From assembly GCA_905210385.1 (NCBI GenBank), contig CAJLWS010000001.1, positions 1 through 36,824 of the forward strand: DNA of 36,824 bases, given 5' to 3'. Position 1 is the first letter of the stretch, and every line of letters begins with the position of its first letter. Both the position numbers and the translations under genes were made by a program. The stretch is from an uncultured Eubacteriales bacterium. Lineage in GTDB: Bacteria; Bacillota; Clostridia; Oscillospirales; Oscillospiraceae. This document shows, in pieces, positions 26,128-35,129 of this stretch. The notes beneath the pieces are model-generated. The model saw nothing but the letters and a program-made list of their open reading frames with translations, was not told the origin of the DNA and searched no databases.

Positions 26128-27149
26128 CAGGTATCCTCCTCCTTTCCTGCTGTCTGTTCCGCCAGGAGATCCTGCTCCTGATAGAGATTGCACTTGATCT
26201 GATGAGTTCCGCCCTGAACCACAGCGATCTCGCCATGCTGGCAGGCCTCAGTACAGCTGGGACAGCGAGGGTGGAACTTACAGCCATTGGGAAGGTTGGT
26301 GGGTTCCGGCATCAATCCGTCGATGGGATGCAGCCGCCGGCTCTCCACGTGGATATTTGGAATGGAACGGAAGAGTCCCTCGGTATAGGGATGGTGCTTT
26401 CGGGCCGGATCAAAGATATCCTCCAGCGTGCCGTACTCCACAATTTCACCCGCGTACATGATTGCCACATAGTCGCAGATGCTGGCCACCACCCCTAAAT
26501 CATGGGTGATGAGCAGCATGGATGAGCCCAGTTCCCGGCGCAGACGCCGCATCATATTCAGTACCTGGGCCTGAATGGTCACATCCAGCGCGGTGGTGGG
26601 TTCGTCGGCGATCAGAAGCTCAGGGTTACAGGCAATGGCAATGGCGATCACCACCCGCTGCTTCATGCCGCCGGAAAACTGATGGGGATATTCCGTCATG
26701 CGGGCGGCGGGAATTCCCACCATCTCCAGCAGGCGGCCGATTTCTGCATCCAGCGCATCGCCCTTTAACTCATGGCGATGAAGCTTTAGGACCTCCGCAA
26801 TCTGCTCCCGAACGGTAAGAACTGGATTCAGACTGGTCATGGGATCCTGGAAGATCATCGATATCTTGCCGCCGCGGATCTTCCTCATTTGTGCTTCTGT
26901 GCAGTCTAATAGGTTGTTCCCTTCAAACAAAATTTCCCCTTGCGCAATTTTCCCCGTAAATTTCGGCAGCAGCCGTAAAATGGACAGTGCGGTAGTTGTC
27001 TTCCCCGCCCCGGTCTCGCCGACAAGACCCAGTGCTTTTCCCTTTGGAAGGGCAAGTGTGATGCCGTTGACGGCATGTACAACTTCACCTTCTGTGACAT
27101 ATTGAACCGTTAAGTCCTTGATTTCCAGTAATAATTCCTGCTTCTCCAT
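26127..27149 (-). CDS. Opp/Dpp ABC transporter ATP-binding subunit (OppD-like)
   Basis: [38 protein letters not shown]. Confidence 0.95.
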   Translation of the reverse strand: MEKQELLLEIKDLTVQYVTEGEVVHAVNGITLALPKGKALGLVGETGAGKTTTALSILRLLPKFTGKIAQGEILFEGNNLLDCTEAQMRKIRGGKISMIFQDPMTSLNPVLTVREQIAEVLKLHRHELKGDALDAEIGRLLEMVGIPAARMTEYPHQFSGGMKQRVVIAIAIACNPELLIADEPTTALDVTIQAQVLNMMRRLRRELGSSMLLITHDLGVVASICDYVAIMYAGEIVEYGTLEDIFDPARKHHPYTEGLFRSIPNIHVESRRLHPIDGLMPEPTNLPNGCKFHPRCPSCTEACQHGEIAVVQGGTHQIKCNLYQEQDLLAEQTAGKEEDT

Positions 27150-27161
27150 GTTCTATCCCCC

Positions 27162-28028
27162 TTACGCCTTTCCCTTGAGCCGCGGGTCGAGGGCATCGCG
27201 CAGACCATCGCCGAATAGGTTGATCGCCAGTGCGGTGATGGTAATGAAAATGGTGGGGAAGACCACCACATGCGCGGTGTATCTCAGCCAATCAACCCCA
27301 TCAGAGGCGATCTGGCCCCATTCCGGCGTGGGAATGGGCGCACCCAGGCCCAGAAAGCTGAGCAACGCGCCCATCAGGATGTTGCGGGCCACCTGCATGG
27401 TTGCCTGAACCAAAATGGTACCCAGAGCATTTGGAATGATATGAGTGACAATGATACGCATATGATTTAATCCAATGGCTCGCTCGGCCTCGATATACTC
27501 TTGGTCTACTAAGTTGAGGACAGCAGAACGAATGACGCGGGTAAAGCTGGCCAGTTGACCGATGGTAATGGCCACAACTAGCTGGACGATGCCATTGCCA
27601 AAGCCGGCGGAAATTGCCAGAGCCAACAGAACGCTTGGAATGGAAATTAGGATATCAAAGGCACGCATTAATAAACTGTCAAATTTCCCGCCGAAATAGG
27701 CAGCGGTGGTCCCAAGGGCAACGGCGATGAGGGTGATGATGAGCGTTGTGCCAAAACCTAAGAGCAGAGAAATTCGACTACCGTGAACCACACGGGCGAA
27801 CAAATCCCGTCCGAGATGGTCGCACCCGAACCAGTGTTCCGAACTGGGTCTGGCCAATTGCAGGGAGGCGTTGTTCGTGATAGCGGTGCTGTAGGGAACA
27901 ATGAGGTCTGCGAAAATTGCCATGAGAATCAGCAGGATAATCACCACAAGAGATACCATTGCCACCTTGTTCTTTCGTAGGCGGCGCCAGGCTTCCGCAT
28001 AGGCGCTGTTACTTTTCTTCTTCGCCAT
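27162..28028 (-). CDS. Opp/Dpp ABC permease (OppC-like)
   Basis: HWFGCDHLGRDLFARVVHGSRISL, EYIEAERAIG, PTPEWG, NLFGDGLRDALDP. Confidence 0.95.
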   Translation of the reverse strand: MAKKKSNSAYAEAWRRLRKNKVAMVSLVVIILLILMAIFADLIVPYSTAITNNASLQLARPSSEHWFGCDHLGRDLFARVVHGSRISLLLGFGTTLIITLIAVALGTTAAYFGGKFDSLLMRAFDILISIPSVLLALAISAGFGNGIVQLVVAITIGQLASFTRVIRSAVLNLVDQEYIEAERAIGLNHMRIIVTHIIPNALGTILVQATMQVARNILMGALLSFLGLGAPIPTPEWGQIASDGVDWLRYTAHVVVFPTIFITITALAINLFGDGLRDALDPRLKGKA

Positions 28029-29007
28029 GCTGGTTCTTCCCCCCCTCTACTGCAATCGCTTTCCGTTTCTGCTTTCCACTGGAATACTTGGCGCGAAGTC
28101 TTGGATCGACTACCGCATATAGCAGGTCTACGATCAGCATGATAATCATAAAGGTAAAGGCCATCAGAGAAATAGCCCCGACCACCAATGGGATGTCGCT
28201 CCGATTTAACGCGTCAGACACCAGAGTGCCCAGACCGGGGATGACGAAGACCTTTTCCATTGCCACGGCTCCACCCAACAGCGCGCCTAGCGTCGTGCCA
28301 CACAAGGTAATCAGTGGAAGAAGCGCGTTGCGAAATGCGTGGCGCCACACGGTCGTAGACTCCGTGACACCCTTCGCCCGGGCGGTTCGGATATAGTCCT
28401 GCCGCGTGGTGTCCAGCATGGTGGAGCGGGTAAAGCGGAGGAATTGAGCCGAATAGGAGATCCCCAAGGTAATGGCGGGCAAAATCCAGCTTTTCCAGCC
28501 GTTTGTGGTGCCGCTTGCCGGAACAAGGCCCAATCGGTAAGAAAAAAGCAGAATGAGCAGTGCGGCCATGCAAAAGGTGGGGATGGCGGACAGCAGCATG
28601 GAGGAGATCGTGGCAATCCGGTCCAGGATAGAGTACTGCCGCACTGCAGACAGCACGCCTAGGGATACCCCCACCAGAACGGCGATTCCGACGCTCAGGA
28701 AGGTAAGCAGGATGGTGTTGGGCCAGCGCTCCATGATAATGCCCATGACAGGCTCCCGATAGTAATAGGAAGTTCCAAAGTCTCCATGGAGCAGGTCCCA
28801 GATATAGTTTCCATACCGCACGACCAGGGGGTCGTATAGTCCAAGTTCCTGGTTGTATTCATATACCTGCTCCTCTGTGGCGTCTCCTCCCAGGATCATC
28901 CGGCCCGGGTTGACATCTGACATGGAGGCCAGGGCGAATACGATGAAGATGATGATCAGCATCATGGGAATGATCATCAGCAATCGTTTCAGTACATATT
29001 TCAGCAT
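28009..29007 (-). CDS. Opp/Dpp ABC permease (OppB-like)
   Basis: MLKYVLKRLL, GDFGTSY, DYIRTARAKG, EKVFVIPGLG, DLLYAVVDPR. Confidence 0.95.
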   Translation of the reverse strand: MLKYVLKRLLMIIPMMLIIIFIVFALASMSDVNPGRMILGGDATEEQVYEYNQELGLYDPLVVRYGNYIWDLLHGDFGTSYYYREPVMGIIMERWPNTILLTFLSVGIAVLVGVSLGVLSAVRQYSILDRIATISSMLLSAIPTFCMAALLILLFSYRLGLVPASGTTNGWKSWILPAITLGISYSAQFLRFTRSTMLDTTRQDYIRTARAKGVTESTTVWRHAFRNALLPLITLCGTTLGALLGGAVAMEKVFVIPGLGTLVSDALNRSDIPLVVGAISLMAFTFMIIMLIVDLLYAVVDPRLRAKYSSGKQKRKAIAVEGGKNQHGEEEK

Positions 29008-29078
29008 ATCTTATCTCCTGTCCTTTTGTAGGGGCGTGAACCCTAACGACGTGCGATTGCATAAATCCGCAGAGCCAG

Positions 29079-29118
29079 TGCTTGGGGGCGAAGGGCAAAC
29101 CCTCCGCCCCCCCAAGCA
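29079..29118 (-). promoter_or_regulatory. strong stem-loop between binding-protein gene and permeases
   Basis: TGCTTGGGGGCG..GGG-CAAA-CCC..CGCCCCCCCAAGCA with no U-tract; typical of mRNA-stabilising hairpins in ABC operons. Confidence 0.6.
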
Positions 29119-29142
29119 GAGCTACAGTTCGACGTTAGTAGG

Positions 29143-30711
29143 TTATTCCTCCCAGTACCAGTTGCAAATATAGTCGCTCAGAATGCTGGGAGACCAATCC
29201 ATCCCCTTCAGTTGTTCCGGGGCGGCGTAGTTCATCATCTGGTAGGCGATGGGGATATACATGCAGGACTCACCCACCGCGACGCTGATTTCCTCATACA
29301 TTGCGATACGGGTTGCGTCATCGTAGGTTTCCCCAGCCTGGGTAATCTTATCTTCGATACCCAAGGTGTTGCCGCGTCCGATATATCCGGTGGGAGTGTA
29401 GTACAGGCGGTAGAACAAGGGTGCATTATAGGGAATCGAGGCAAGGTTGTGAGCGATGGCCTCGTAGTCGCCAGCAAAGAAGGCAGAGGTCAGAGAGCCG
29501 GCTTCCACAGAATTGATGGTCACATTCACGCCGATGGCATTCATACTCTCCTGAAAAGCTGCAGCAAAGGCAGGACCGTAGCCAGAGGTGGATACGGTGA
29601 GGGTGAAGGACATTTCTTCCTCGCTTAGCCCAGACTGCTCCAGCATCTCCCGTGCCATATCCAGATTGTAGTCATAGCTGGGAATCTCGTCACAGTAGCC
29701 CTCCTCGCCCTCGCTGAGCATGGTGGCCTTGGGACAAGCCACGGCCTGATTGTTCCACACCAGGGAGACGTATTCGTCCTTATTGATGGCATAGGCAATG
29801 GCCTTACGGAAGTACTCGTTGTTAAAGGGAGCCTGATCCTGATTGAACGCTAGGAAGTAGGCGGCATACCGCTGGAAGGAATGAACGGTGTACCCATCTG
29901 TATCGTTGACATAGTCCACATCCAGCTGGGTGGTGACTGTGTTCAGGTCAATTTCCCCGTTAAGCAGAGAGGTGAGCGCGGTGTTATCATCCGGGATCAC
30001 CTTATAATTGATGGTCTCAAAATAGGGTTCTCCGCCCCAGTAATCCTTGTTGGACTCCAGGGTAACGCCAACGCCGCTGGTGTTGGAAACGAACTTATAC
30101 GGGCCGGTCCCGATCAGCATCTGGTCGTTGTCATCGCCGTAGGTTTCCACTACGTTTTTATTGACGATGCACCAGGGGTAGGATGCCAGCTGGAGAATAA
30201 AGTTCGGGTAGGCATACTCCATGTTGATCTTGACTGTATGGGAATCCACAGCTTCCGCGCTCTTGATGACTGCGGCCTTGCTGGCGGTGGAAGGCATCTC
30301 TTTAGCCCGTTCGATGGTAAAGACCACATCATCAGCAGTGAAATCGCTTCCATCGTGCCACTTTACGCCTTCCCGCAGGTTGAACACATACTCCAGTCCG
30401 TCGTCGCTGATCGTCCAGTCGGTGGCCAGGCAGGGGACTGCCTCGAACTTGGAACCATCGAACCGCACCAGGCCCTCAAAAATTTGCACAAACATACAGT
30501 ACTCCTCGTTCACTGTAGTCACTTGAGGATCCAGGGACGTGATATCTGTGGTAATGCGAAGATTCAGCTCGGGGTGTGCTTTGGTCTCTGTCGCTGAGCC
30601 GGATTCGCTGGGATTGGCGGAAGCTTGCCCGCCATCGCCGTTGCAGCCGGCGAATAGGCCAAGACAGAGCATGCCGGCGGTCAAAGCAGCCAAGATTCGT
30701 TTCAACTTCAT
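29143..30711 (-). CDS. family 5 (OppA/DppA-like) substrate-binding lipoprotein
   Basis: Lipobox LFAGC, SLDPQ, FEGLV, LREGVKWHDGSDFTADDV, IGTGPYKF. Confidence 0.95.
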   Translation of the reverse strand: MKLKRILAALTAGMLCLGLFAGCNGDGGQASANPSESGSATETKAHPELNLRITTDITSLDPQVTTVNEEYCMFVQIFEGLVRFDGSKFEAVPCLATDWTISDDGLEYVFNLREGVKWHDGSDFTADDVVFTIERAKEMPSTASKAAVIKSAEAVDSHTVKINMEYAYPNFILQLASYPWCIVNKNVVETYGDDNDQMLIGTGPYKFVSNTSGVGVTLESNKDYWGGEPYFETINYKVIPDDNTALTSLLNGEIDLNTVTTQLDVDYVNDTDGYTVHSFQRYAAYFLAFNQDQAPFNNEYFRKAIAYAINKDEYVSLVWNNQAVACPKATMLSEGEEGYCDEIPSYDYNLDMAREMLEQSGLSEEEMSFTLTVSTSGYGPAFAAAFQESMNAIGVNVTINSVEAGSLTSAFFAGDYEAIAHNLASIPYNAPLFYRLYYTPTGYIGRGNTLGIEDKITQAGETYDDATRIAMYEEISVAVGESCMYIPIAYQMMNYAAPEQLKGMDWSPSILSDYICNWYWEE

Positions 30712-30862
30712 GTTCTTTCCTCCTAAGCATGTTTTTCATCAGATCGCTGGTTGCGGGCGCCATAACCTGGCTGGCTAACGATCCACCCCCTCTCAGCCAA
30801 GGCTTGGCGGTATGGGCCTGCACAGGAACAGGCAGTTTTATGGAATGTCGCATAGATAGTAT

Positions 30863-30878
30863 TGCAAACATCGTGCCA
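30863..30878 (-). promoter_or_regulatory. sigma-54 -24/-12 promoter of the catabolic operon
   Basis: Minus strand TGGCACG-ATGT-TTGCA, a consensus match, next to a sigma54 activator gene. Confidence 0.92.
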
Positions 30879-30955
30879 GTTTTGCCCTCAAAAAAGCGCC
30901 ATATTTGTAGGGTTTTGCACAAACAAAAATGCCGATATTGACACAAATAAAAAGA

Positions 30956-30997
30956 AAGAGCGCCAAATATGGCATATTTGCCATATTTGGCGCTCTT
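30956..30997 (-). terminator. 19-bp perfect inverted repeat; terminator of the activator gene and candidate UAS pair
   Basis: AAGAGCGCCAAATATGGCA-TATT-TGCCATATTTGGCGCTCTT followed by TCTTTTT on the minus strand. Confidence 0.75.
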
Positions 30998-31006
30998 GAG
31001 AAGGGG

Positions 31007-32587
31007 TTAAGGAAGCTGAATTTGCAGCTCCTTGATCTTTCGGTAAAAGGTCCGAAGGGGGATGCCTAGAAGCTCGGCAGCCCTTTGCCGATTCTTCCCA
31101 CACTTTGACAGGGCGGAAAGGATGACCGCTCTCTGGCATGCGGCTACAGCTTCATCCAGGCGCTCCGGTAGCTGCGCTGGCATGGATGCAAAAGTGGGAA
31201 CGGTTGGATTTTCCCGCACACTTTGAAAAATCCCAGCAGGCAGATCGGCGGGCATCACGGTTCCCCGCTCACACAGGACCACGCACCGCTCGATAACGTT
31301 CTGCAGTTCCCGGACATTTCCAGGCCAATGGTACTGCAGGAATAATTGAAACACATCTTCTGATAGACGCACTTGTTTTCGATACTTTTGATTGTACTTG
31401 TCCAGGTAATGGACCGCCAAAAGTGCGACATCATGCTCCCGCTCCCGAAGCGGAGGGATCTCAATGGGAACTACATTGAGCCGGTAAAAGAGATCCTGCC
31501 GAAACCGGCCTTCCGCAATCATCTGCTCCAGCGGCTGATTCGTCGCCGCGATCAGACGCACATCTACCTTGATCGGTCTCTGACGGCCAAGTTTTTCTAT
31601 TTCTCCCTCTTGGAGGACCCGGAGCAGCTTGGCCTGCATGGGCAAAGGCATATCTCCAATTTCATCCAGGAATAGTGTGCCGCCTTCCGCAAGCTGAAAT
31701 TTTCCCATCTGCCCGCCGCGCCGTGCTCCGGTAAAAGCGCCGTCCTCATAGCCGAAGAGCTCGCTTTCAATCAGACTCTCTGGAATTGCGGCACAGTTCA
31801 TGGCAATGAATGGCTTGTCTTTCCGAGGGCTGTTTTGAAAGATCAGCCGCGCGAACACCTCTTTCCCGACCCCGCTTTCTCCTCGCAAGAGGACGGTGGC
31901 ATCGGAACCTGCGATCGCGCTGGCCTTCATGACACAGCTAACAAAGCTATGACTTTCGCCAATGATATTTCCCTGCTTCAAAATTGCCTGCGCCTTCAAC
32001 TGGCGGTCATACTCCTCCGCCATCTGAGCGGTACGTTTCAGTTCCAGGTTCAGCCGATTCACTTCCGTCGTATCGCGGAAGATGGAAGCGGCCCCAACCA
32101 GCTTTCCGTTCAAAGTAAGGGGAAACATGCGGACCGACACATATCGCTGCACTGTCTGAATGAACTGCTTATCCCGAACAATGGGTGCACCGGAATGAAG
32201 TACATCCAAAAGGCTTGCCCCGCTCTCGATAATGTGCAGGTCTTTCCCCAAAATTTTCCCGGCGGGGACGCCCAGGATTTTGGTGTATGCAAGGTTTACG
32301 TAAAAAATAGTTCCCTCCAAATTTACAGCCACGACAGCTTCATCCAGCTCATCCAGTAATGGCTCCAAAGGGATTTGCTTAATAACCTGAAGAATTTTCC
32401 TCACACGGGCGGCCGAAGTGGTTCCTACGCAGAGCCCGGTATCATCCGTTGCGCCGATAAACTGCGCGTCATCGGGAATTGCATCCTCGGTCAGATCATA
32501 CAGATCGGTTTCTCTGGGGAAGGAACGCTCGCATTTGACATGGGCGCGGTTTGGATTGACCAAATAACCAAGCTGAATGTGGGGCAT
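31007..32587 (-). CDS. PAS-domain sigma54-dependent transcriptional activator (bEBP, Fis-type HTH)
   Basis: PAS region, [36 protein letters not shown] and C-terminal HTH; GAGAGGAG RBS. Confidence 0.96.
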   Translation of the reverse strand: MPHIQLGYLVNPNRAHVKCERSFPRETDLYDLTEDAIPDDAQFIGATDDTGLCVGTTSAARVRKILQVIKQIPLEPLLDELDEAVVAVNLEGTIFYVNLAYTKILGVPAGKILGKDLHIIESGASLLDVLHSGAPIVRDKQFIQTVQRYVSVRMFPLTLNGKLVGAASIFRDTTEVNRLNLELKRTAQMAEEYDRQLKAQAILKQGNIIGESHSFVSCVMKASAIAGSDATVLLRGESGVGKEVFARLIFQNSPRKDKPFIAMNCAAIPESLIESELFGYEDGAFTGARRGGQMGKFQLAEGGTLFLDEIGDMPLPMQAKLLRVLQEGEIEKLGRQRPIKVDVRLIAATNQPLEQMIAEGRFRQDLFYRLNVVPIEIPPLREREHDVALLAVHYLDKYNQKYRKQVRLSEDVFQLFLQYHWPGNVRELQNVIERCVVLCERGTVMPADLPAGIFQSVRENPTVPTFASMPAQLPERLDEAVAACQRAVILSALSKCGKNRQRAAELLGIPLRTFYRKIKELQIQLP

Positions 32588-32673
32588 AGCGCTCTCCTCT
32601 CAAAAATGTGCAAATTCAGATGTACGGTTTCCGGAATCAGTCAAGGAACGCGGAGATCATCAAACGGATTATG

Positions 32674-32846
32674 GGAAGAGCCGTCAAAGCCATCCCCAAC
32701 CTTCCGGAGCCTGAAAAGCCTTTCGGTCAAGGGTGGCAAACTGGCTGTGTATCCCGAGGGCAGGGCTCCGAAGTGAGAACCGTCGCAGGGGAACATCACC
32801 AATCCGGTCCGCCAGCCCCCAGATGTGGGTTGCGGAAGTTCTCTTC
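32674..32846 (-). ncRNA. candidate structured RNA of ~175 nt, possibly 6S RNA
   Basis: Starts just after a promoter. Ends pair (GAAGAG/CTCTTC), with an internal helix 32701-32713/32761-32773 and CC-GAAA-GG on the minus strand. Motif order is loosely reminiscent of Firmicutes 6S; family not confirmed. Confidence 0.45.
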
Positions 32847-32847
32847 G

Positions 32848-32880
32848 CTTAACATAACACAAAAAGCAGCAAAAGGCAAG
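32848..32880 (-). promoter_or_regulatory. sigma-A-type promoter; second copy of the 33-bp repeat
   Basis: Minus strand TTGCCT-17nt-TATGTT with extended TG. Confidence 0.65.
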
Positions 32881-32950
32881 CGTGGGCGGAATGTCGATTC
32901 GGGTGGTGTGCCTGGACAGTCTGTGACAGATGCGGCTTTCGGCGGATGAC

Positions 32951-32992
32951 GCAAAAAGCGCAACCGGATTTCAGTCCGATTGCGCTTTTTGC
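32951..32992. terminator. bidirectional-type terminator downstream of the ECF operon
   Basis: GCAAAAAGCGCAA/TTGCGCTTTTTGC 13-bp arms with additional inner pairing. Confidence 0.8.
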
Positions 32993-33008
32993 TTCTCCAG
33001 TCTCAGGT

Positions 33009-33821
33009 TCAAAATGAGTCGGCCCATTGGTACAGGATTGCCTCCGCCTGGGGGAATTCCCCGTCCTGGTAAACGATGTGGAGGTTATATAGAACACCAC
33101 TGTCCACAAGATATCCGTCCAGACTCAGATATCCGCTGTCCAAAGCGGAGGAGGCGATCACCTGACAGGGCAGATTGCTGCTGGTCGTGTAAAAGAATTC
33201 CTCAAACGTCACATCTTCCGCCGCGCGCACGCCGAAGGTGATCTCCCCTTCATAGTTCTCGGTATAGAGGGAGGAGAAGAGGGATACGCGGATGCTGTCG
33301 ACCACATAGTCCGTTTCAAGGTTGACCTGCAAGATCTGGCCGCTGACCGTTCCGTGCACGTTCAGGGTTGTCTGCTGCTCCGCCTGCGCCCACTCCGCCG
33401 GAGCGGACAGGTCCACCCCGATGAACCGGCAGGCCTCCCCGTGAGATGGAAAATCCCTCTGCCAATGGCCCGGATACCAGCTCTGATGGGGCTGATAGGT
33501 CTCGAACTGCCGCTGTATCGTAGCGCCCACCGCGAGAAGCTCCTCCGACAGGTCCTGGGTGGGAATTCTCTCGATGGCGACACTTAAATCGTAACCTGAC
33601 TCTGTGCGGGAGGTGAAAAGGCCGGTCAGGCGCGTGCCGAAGACACCGGCGGCTGCCGCCACGCACCCGATCAGGAGCAGGGCCAGCATTGCCGCGGCCA
33701 GCGCGGCGGGGAGGCGGCGGGTCCGGCGAAAGGGACGATTTGCGCTGCGGTAGGAGACCGCTTCTTCAAGGTACGATTGGTCAACCTCACCCAAGGCCTC
33801 GGAAAATTTCTTTGCGTTCAC
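33009..33821 (-). CDS. putative single-TM anti-sigma factor
   Basis: FSEALGEVDQSYLEEA N-terminus, basic patch, TM helix and extracellular domain; GTGA overlap with the ECF sigma gene. Confidence 0.65.
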   Translation of the reverse strand: MNAKKFSEALGEVDQSYLEEAVSYRSANRPFRRTRRLPAALAAAMLALLLIGCVAAAAGVFGTRLTGLFTSRTESGYDLSVAIERIPTQDLSEELLAVGATIQRQFETYQPHQSWYPGHWQRDFPSHGEACRFIGVDLSAPAEWAQAEQQTTLNVHGTVSGQILQVNLETDYVVDSIRVSLFSSLYTENYEGEITFGVRAAEDVTFEEFFYTTSSNLPCQVIASSALDSGYLSLDGYLVDSGVLYNLHIVYQDGEFPQAEAILYQWADSF

Positions 33822-34375
33822 ACGAATACCTCCTGTTCCATCAAATATTGTCTCAACTTCTCCCGCAGCCGGGTCAGACGAACCGAGACGGTTTTCTTGG
33901 TCAGCCCTACAAGCTGGGCGATGTCCCGGTAGCTGTCGGCAAACCAGTACCGGCGCAGGAAGATCACCCGGTTTTCCAGGTTCAGGGTGTCCAGAAACCG
34001 CTCAATCATGTGGGCCAGCTCCCTGGCCTCCAGTTCGTGCTCCACGGTGCCGGAGGCGGGCAGGCAGCCCTCCAGCTCCTCCATGGCCACGTCATAGGCG
34101 CTGTTGCGTTTGGCTGCGGTGTTCCGGTCATGGGCCTTCAACGCCAGGTTGCGGACGATCCGGCACCCATAGGCGGAGAGGACCTGGGGCCGCTGGGGCG
34201 GGATGGTGTTCCACATGCCCAGGTAGGCGTCGTTGACGCACTCCTCCGCGTCTCGCTGGTCGTTCAGAATGCGAAGGGCCAGGGCGTGAAACAGCTTGCC
34301 ATATTTTTGATTCAGTTCCTGGATGGCCTGCTCCGAGCGCAGGAAAAACAGGCTGATAATTTTCTCGTCCTCCAT
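33818..34375 (-). CDS. ECF-type RNA polymerase sigma factor
   Basis: DAEECVNDAYL region 2; FLRRYWFADSYRDIA..G....VSVRLTRLREKL region 4. Confidence 0.93.
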   Translation of the reverse strand: MEDEKIISLFFLRSEQAIQELNQKYGKLFHALALRILNDQRDAEECVNDAYLGMWNTIPPQRPQVLSAYGCRIVRNLALKAHDRNTAAKRNSAYDVAMEELEGCLPASGTVEHELEARELAHMIERFLDTLNLENRVIFLRRYWFADSYRDIAQLVGLTKKTVSVRLTRLREKLRQYLMEQEVFV

Positions 34376-34483
34376 GAGCGCCCCCCTTTCACAGATATAC
34401 TACGAATTCCCTGTGGAAAACTACAGGAAACGGAAAAATTTTACCCTCCGGAGAAGCGATTGGGGGTAAGGTAGGAAATAAAA

Positions 34484-34512
34484 TTGCCAAATAGCCGGAA
34501 TCATGGTATAAT
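34484..34512 (+). promoter_or_regulatory. sigma-A promoter of aroK-helicase
   Basis: TTGCCA-17nt-TATAAT with extended TG. Confidence 0.8.
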
Positions 34513-34592
34513 ACTCTGTCATCTTATGGGCGCCTCCTCGGAATGCTCTTCCACAGACCAGGAAGGCTGCCTGCGTATCGGGTGTGTAAATT

Positions 34593-35111
34593 GTGGACAA
34601 TATCATTTTAATCGGAATGCCCGGATCGGGCAAGAGCAGCGTGGGCGTGGTGCTGGCCAAGGCCCTGGGCTACGGTTTTGTGGACGTGGACCTGGTCATC
34701 CAGGAGCGAGAGGGAGCCTTGCTTCAGGAGATTTTGGACCGGAGGGGAATGGAGGCCTTCCTGGATGCGGAAAGCCGAGCCATTCGGTCCGTGGCCTGCC
34801 GCCGCACCGTCATCGCTCCGGGAGGCAGCTGCGTTTGCCGGGAGCGGGCCATGGCCCATCTGCAGGGGTTGGGCACCGTGGTCTACCTTGCCCTCTCCCT
34901 AGAGGAGGTGGAGGGGCGCATCCACAATCTGGCCACCCGAGGCATTGCCATGGCGCCGGGCCAGACCATCGCCGATGTCTATCGGTATCGGGAGCCGCTG
35001 TATCGGCGGTACGCCCATCTCACTGTGCCCGCCGACGGCCAGAGCCTGGCGGAGACGGTGGAAGCAGTGAAATTGGCTCTGGCGGCGCGCGAGAGCGCCG
35101 ATCAAAAATAA
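34593..35111 (+). CDS. aroK: shikimate kinase
   Basis: NIILIGMPGSGKSSVG, FVDVD, VIAPGGS, REPLYRRYA. Confidence 0.92.
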   Translation: MDNIILIGMPGSGKSSVGVVLAKALGYGFVDVDLVIQEREGALLQEILDRRGMEAFLDAESRAIRSVACRRTVIAPGGSCVCRERAMAHLQGLGTVVYLALSLEEVEGRIHNLATRGIAMAPGQTIADVYRYREPLYRRYAHLTVPADGQSLAETVEAVKLALAARESADQK

Positions 35112-35129
35112 AAAGGACGTAGTTGACCG

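Noticed and set aside
26341..26356. parS-like CTCTCCACGTGGATAT
   Set aside because: Only the central 10 bp are palindromic; the flanks deviate from TGTTNCACGTGAAACA and it lies in accessory coding sequence.
29028..29047. GTAGGGGCG...CCCTAAC as a REP-like element
   Set aside because: Single imperfect copy, with no partner repeat or RAYT gene in the window.
32700..32740. SRP-like TCAGGCTCCGGAAGG (minus) and T-box-like AAGGGTGGCA (plus)
   Set aside because: The SRP AGCAG motif and the T-box ACCGCG continuation and terminator are missing.
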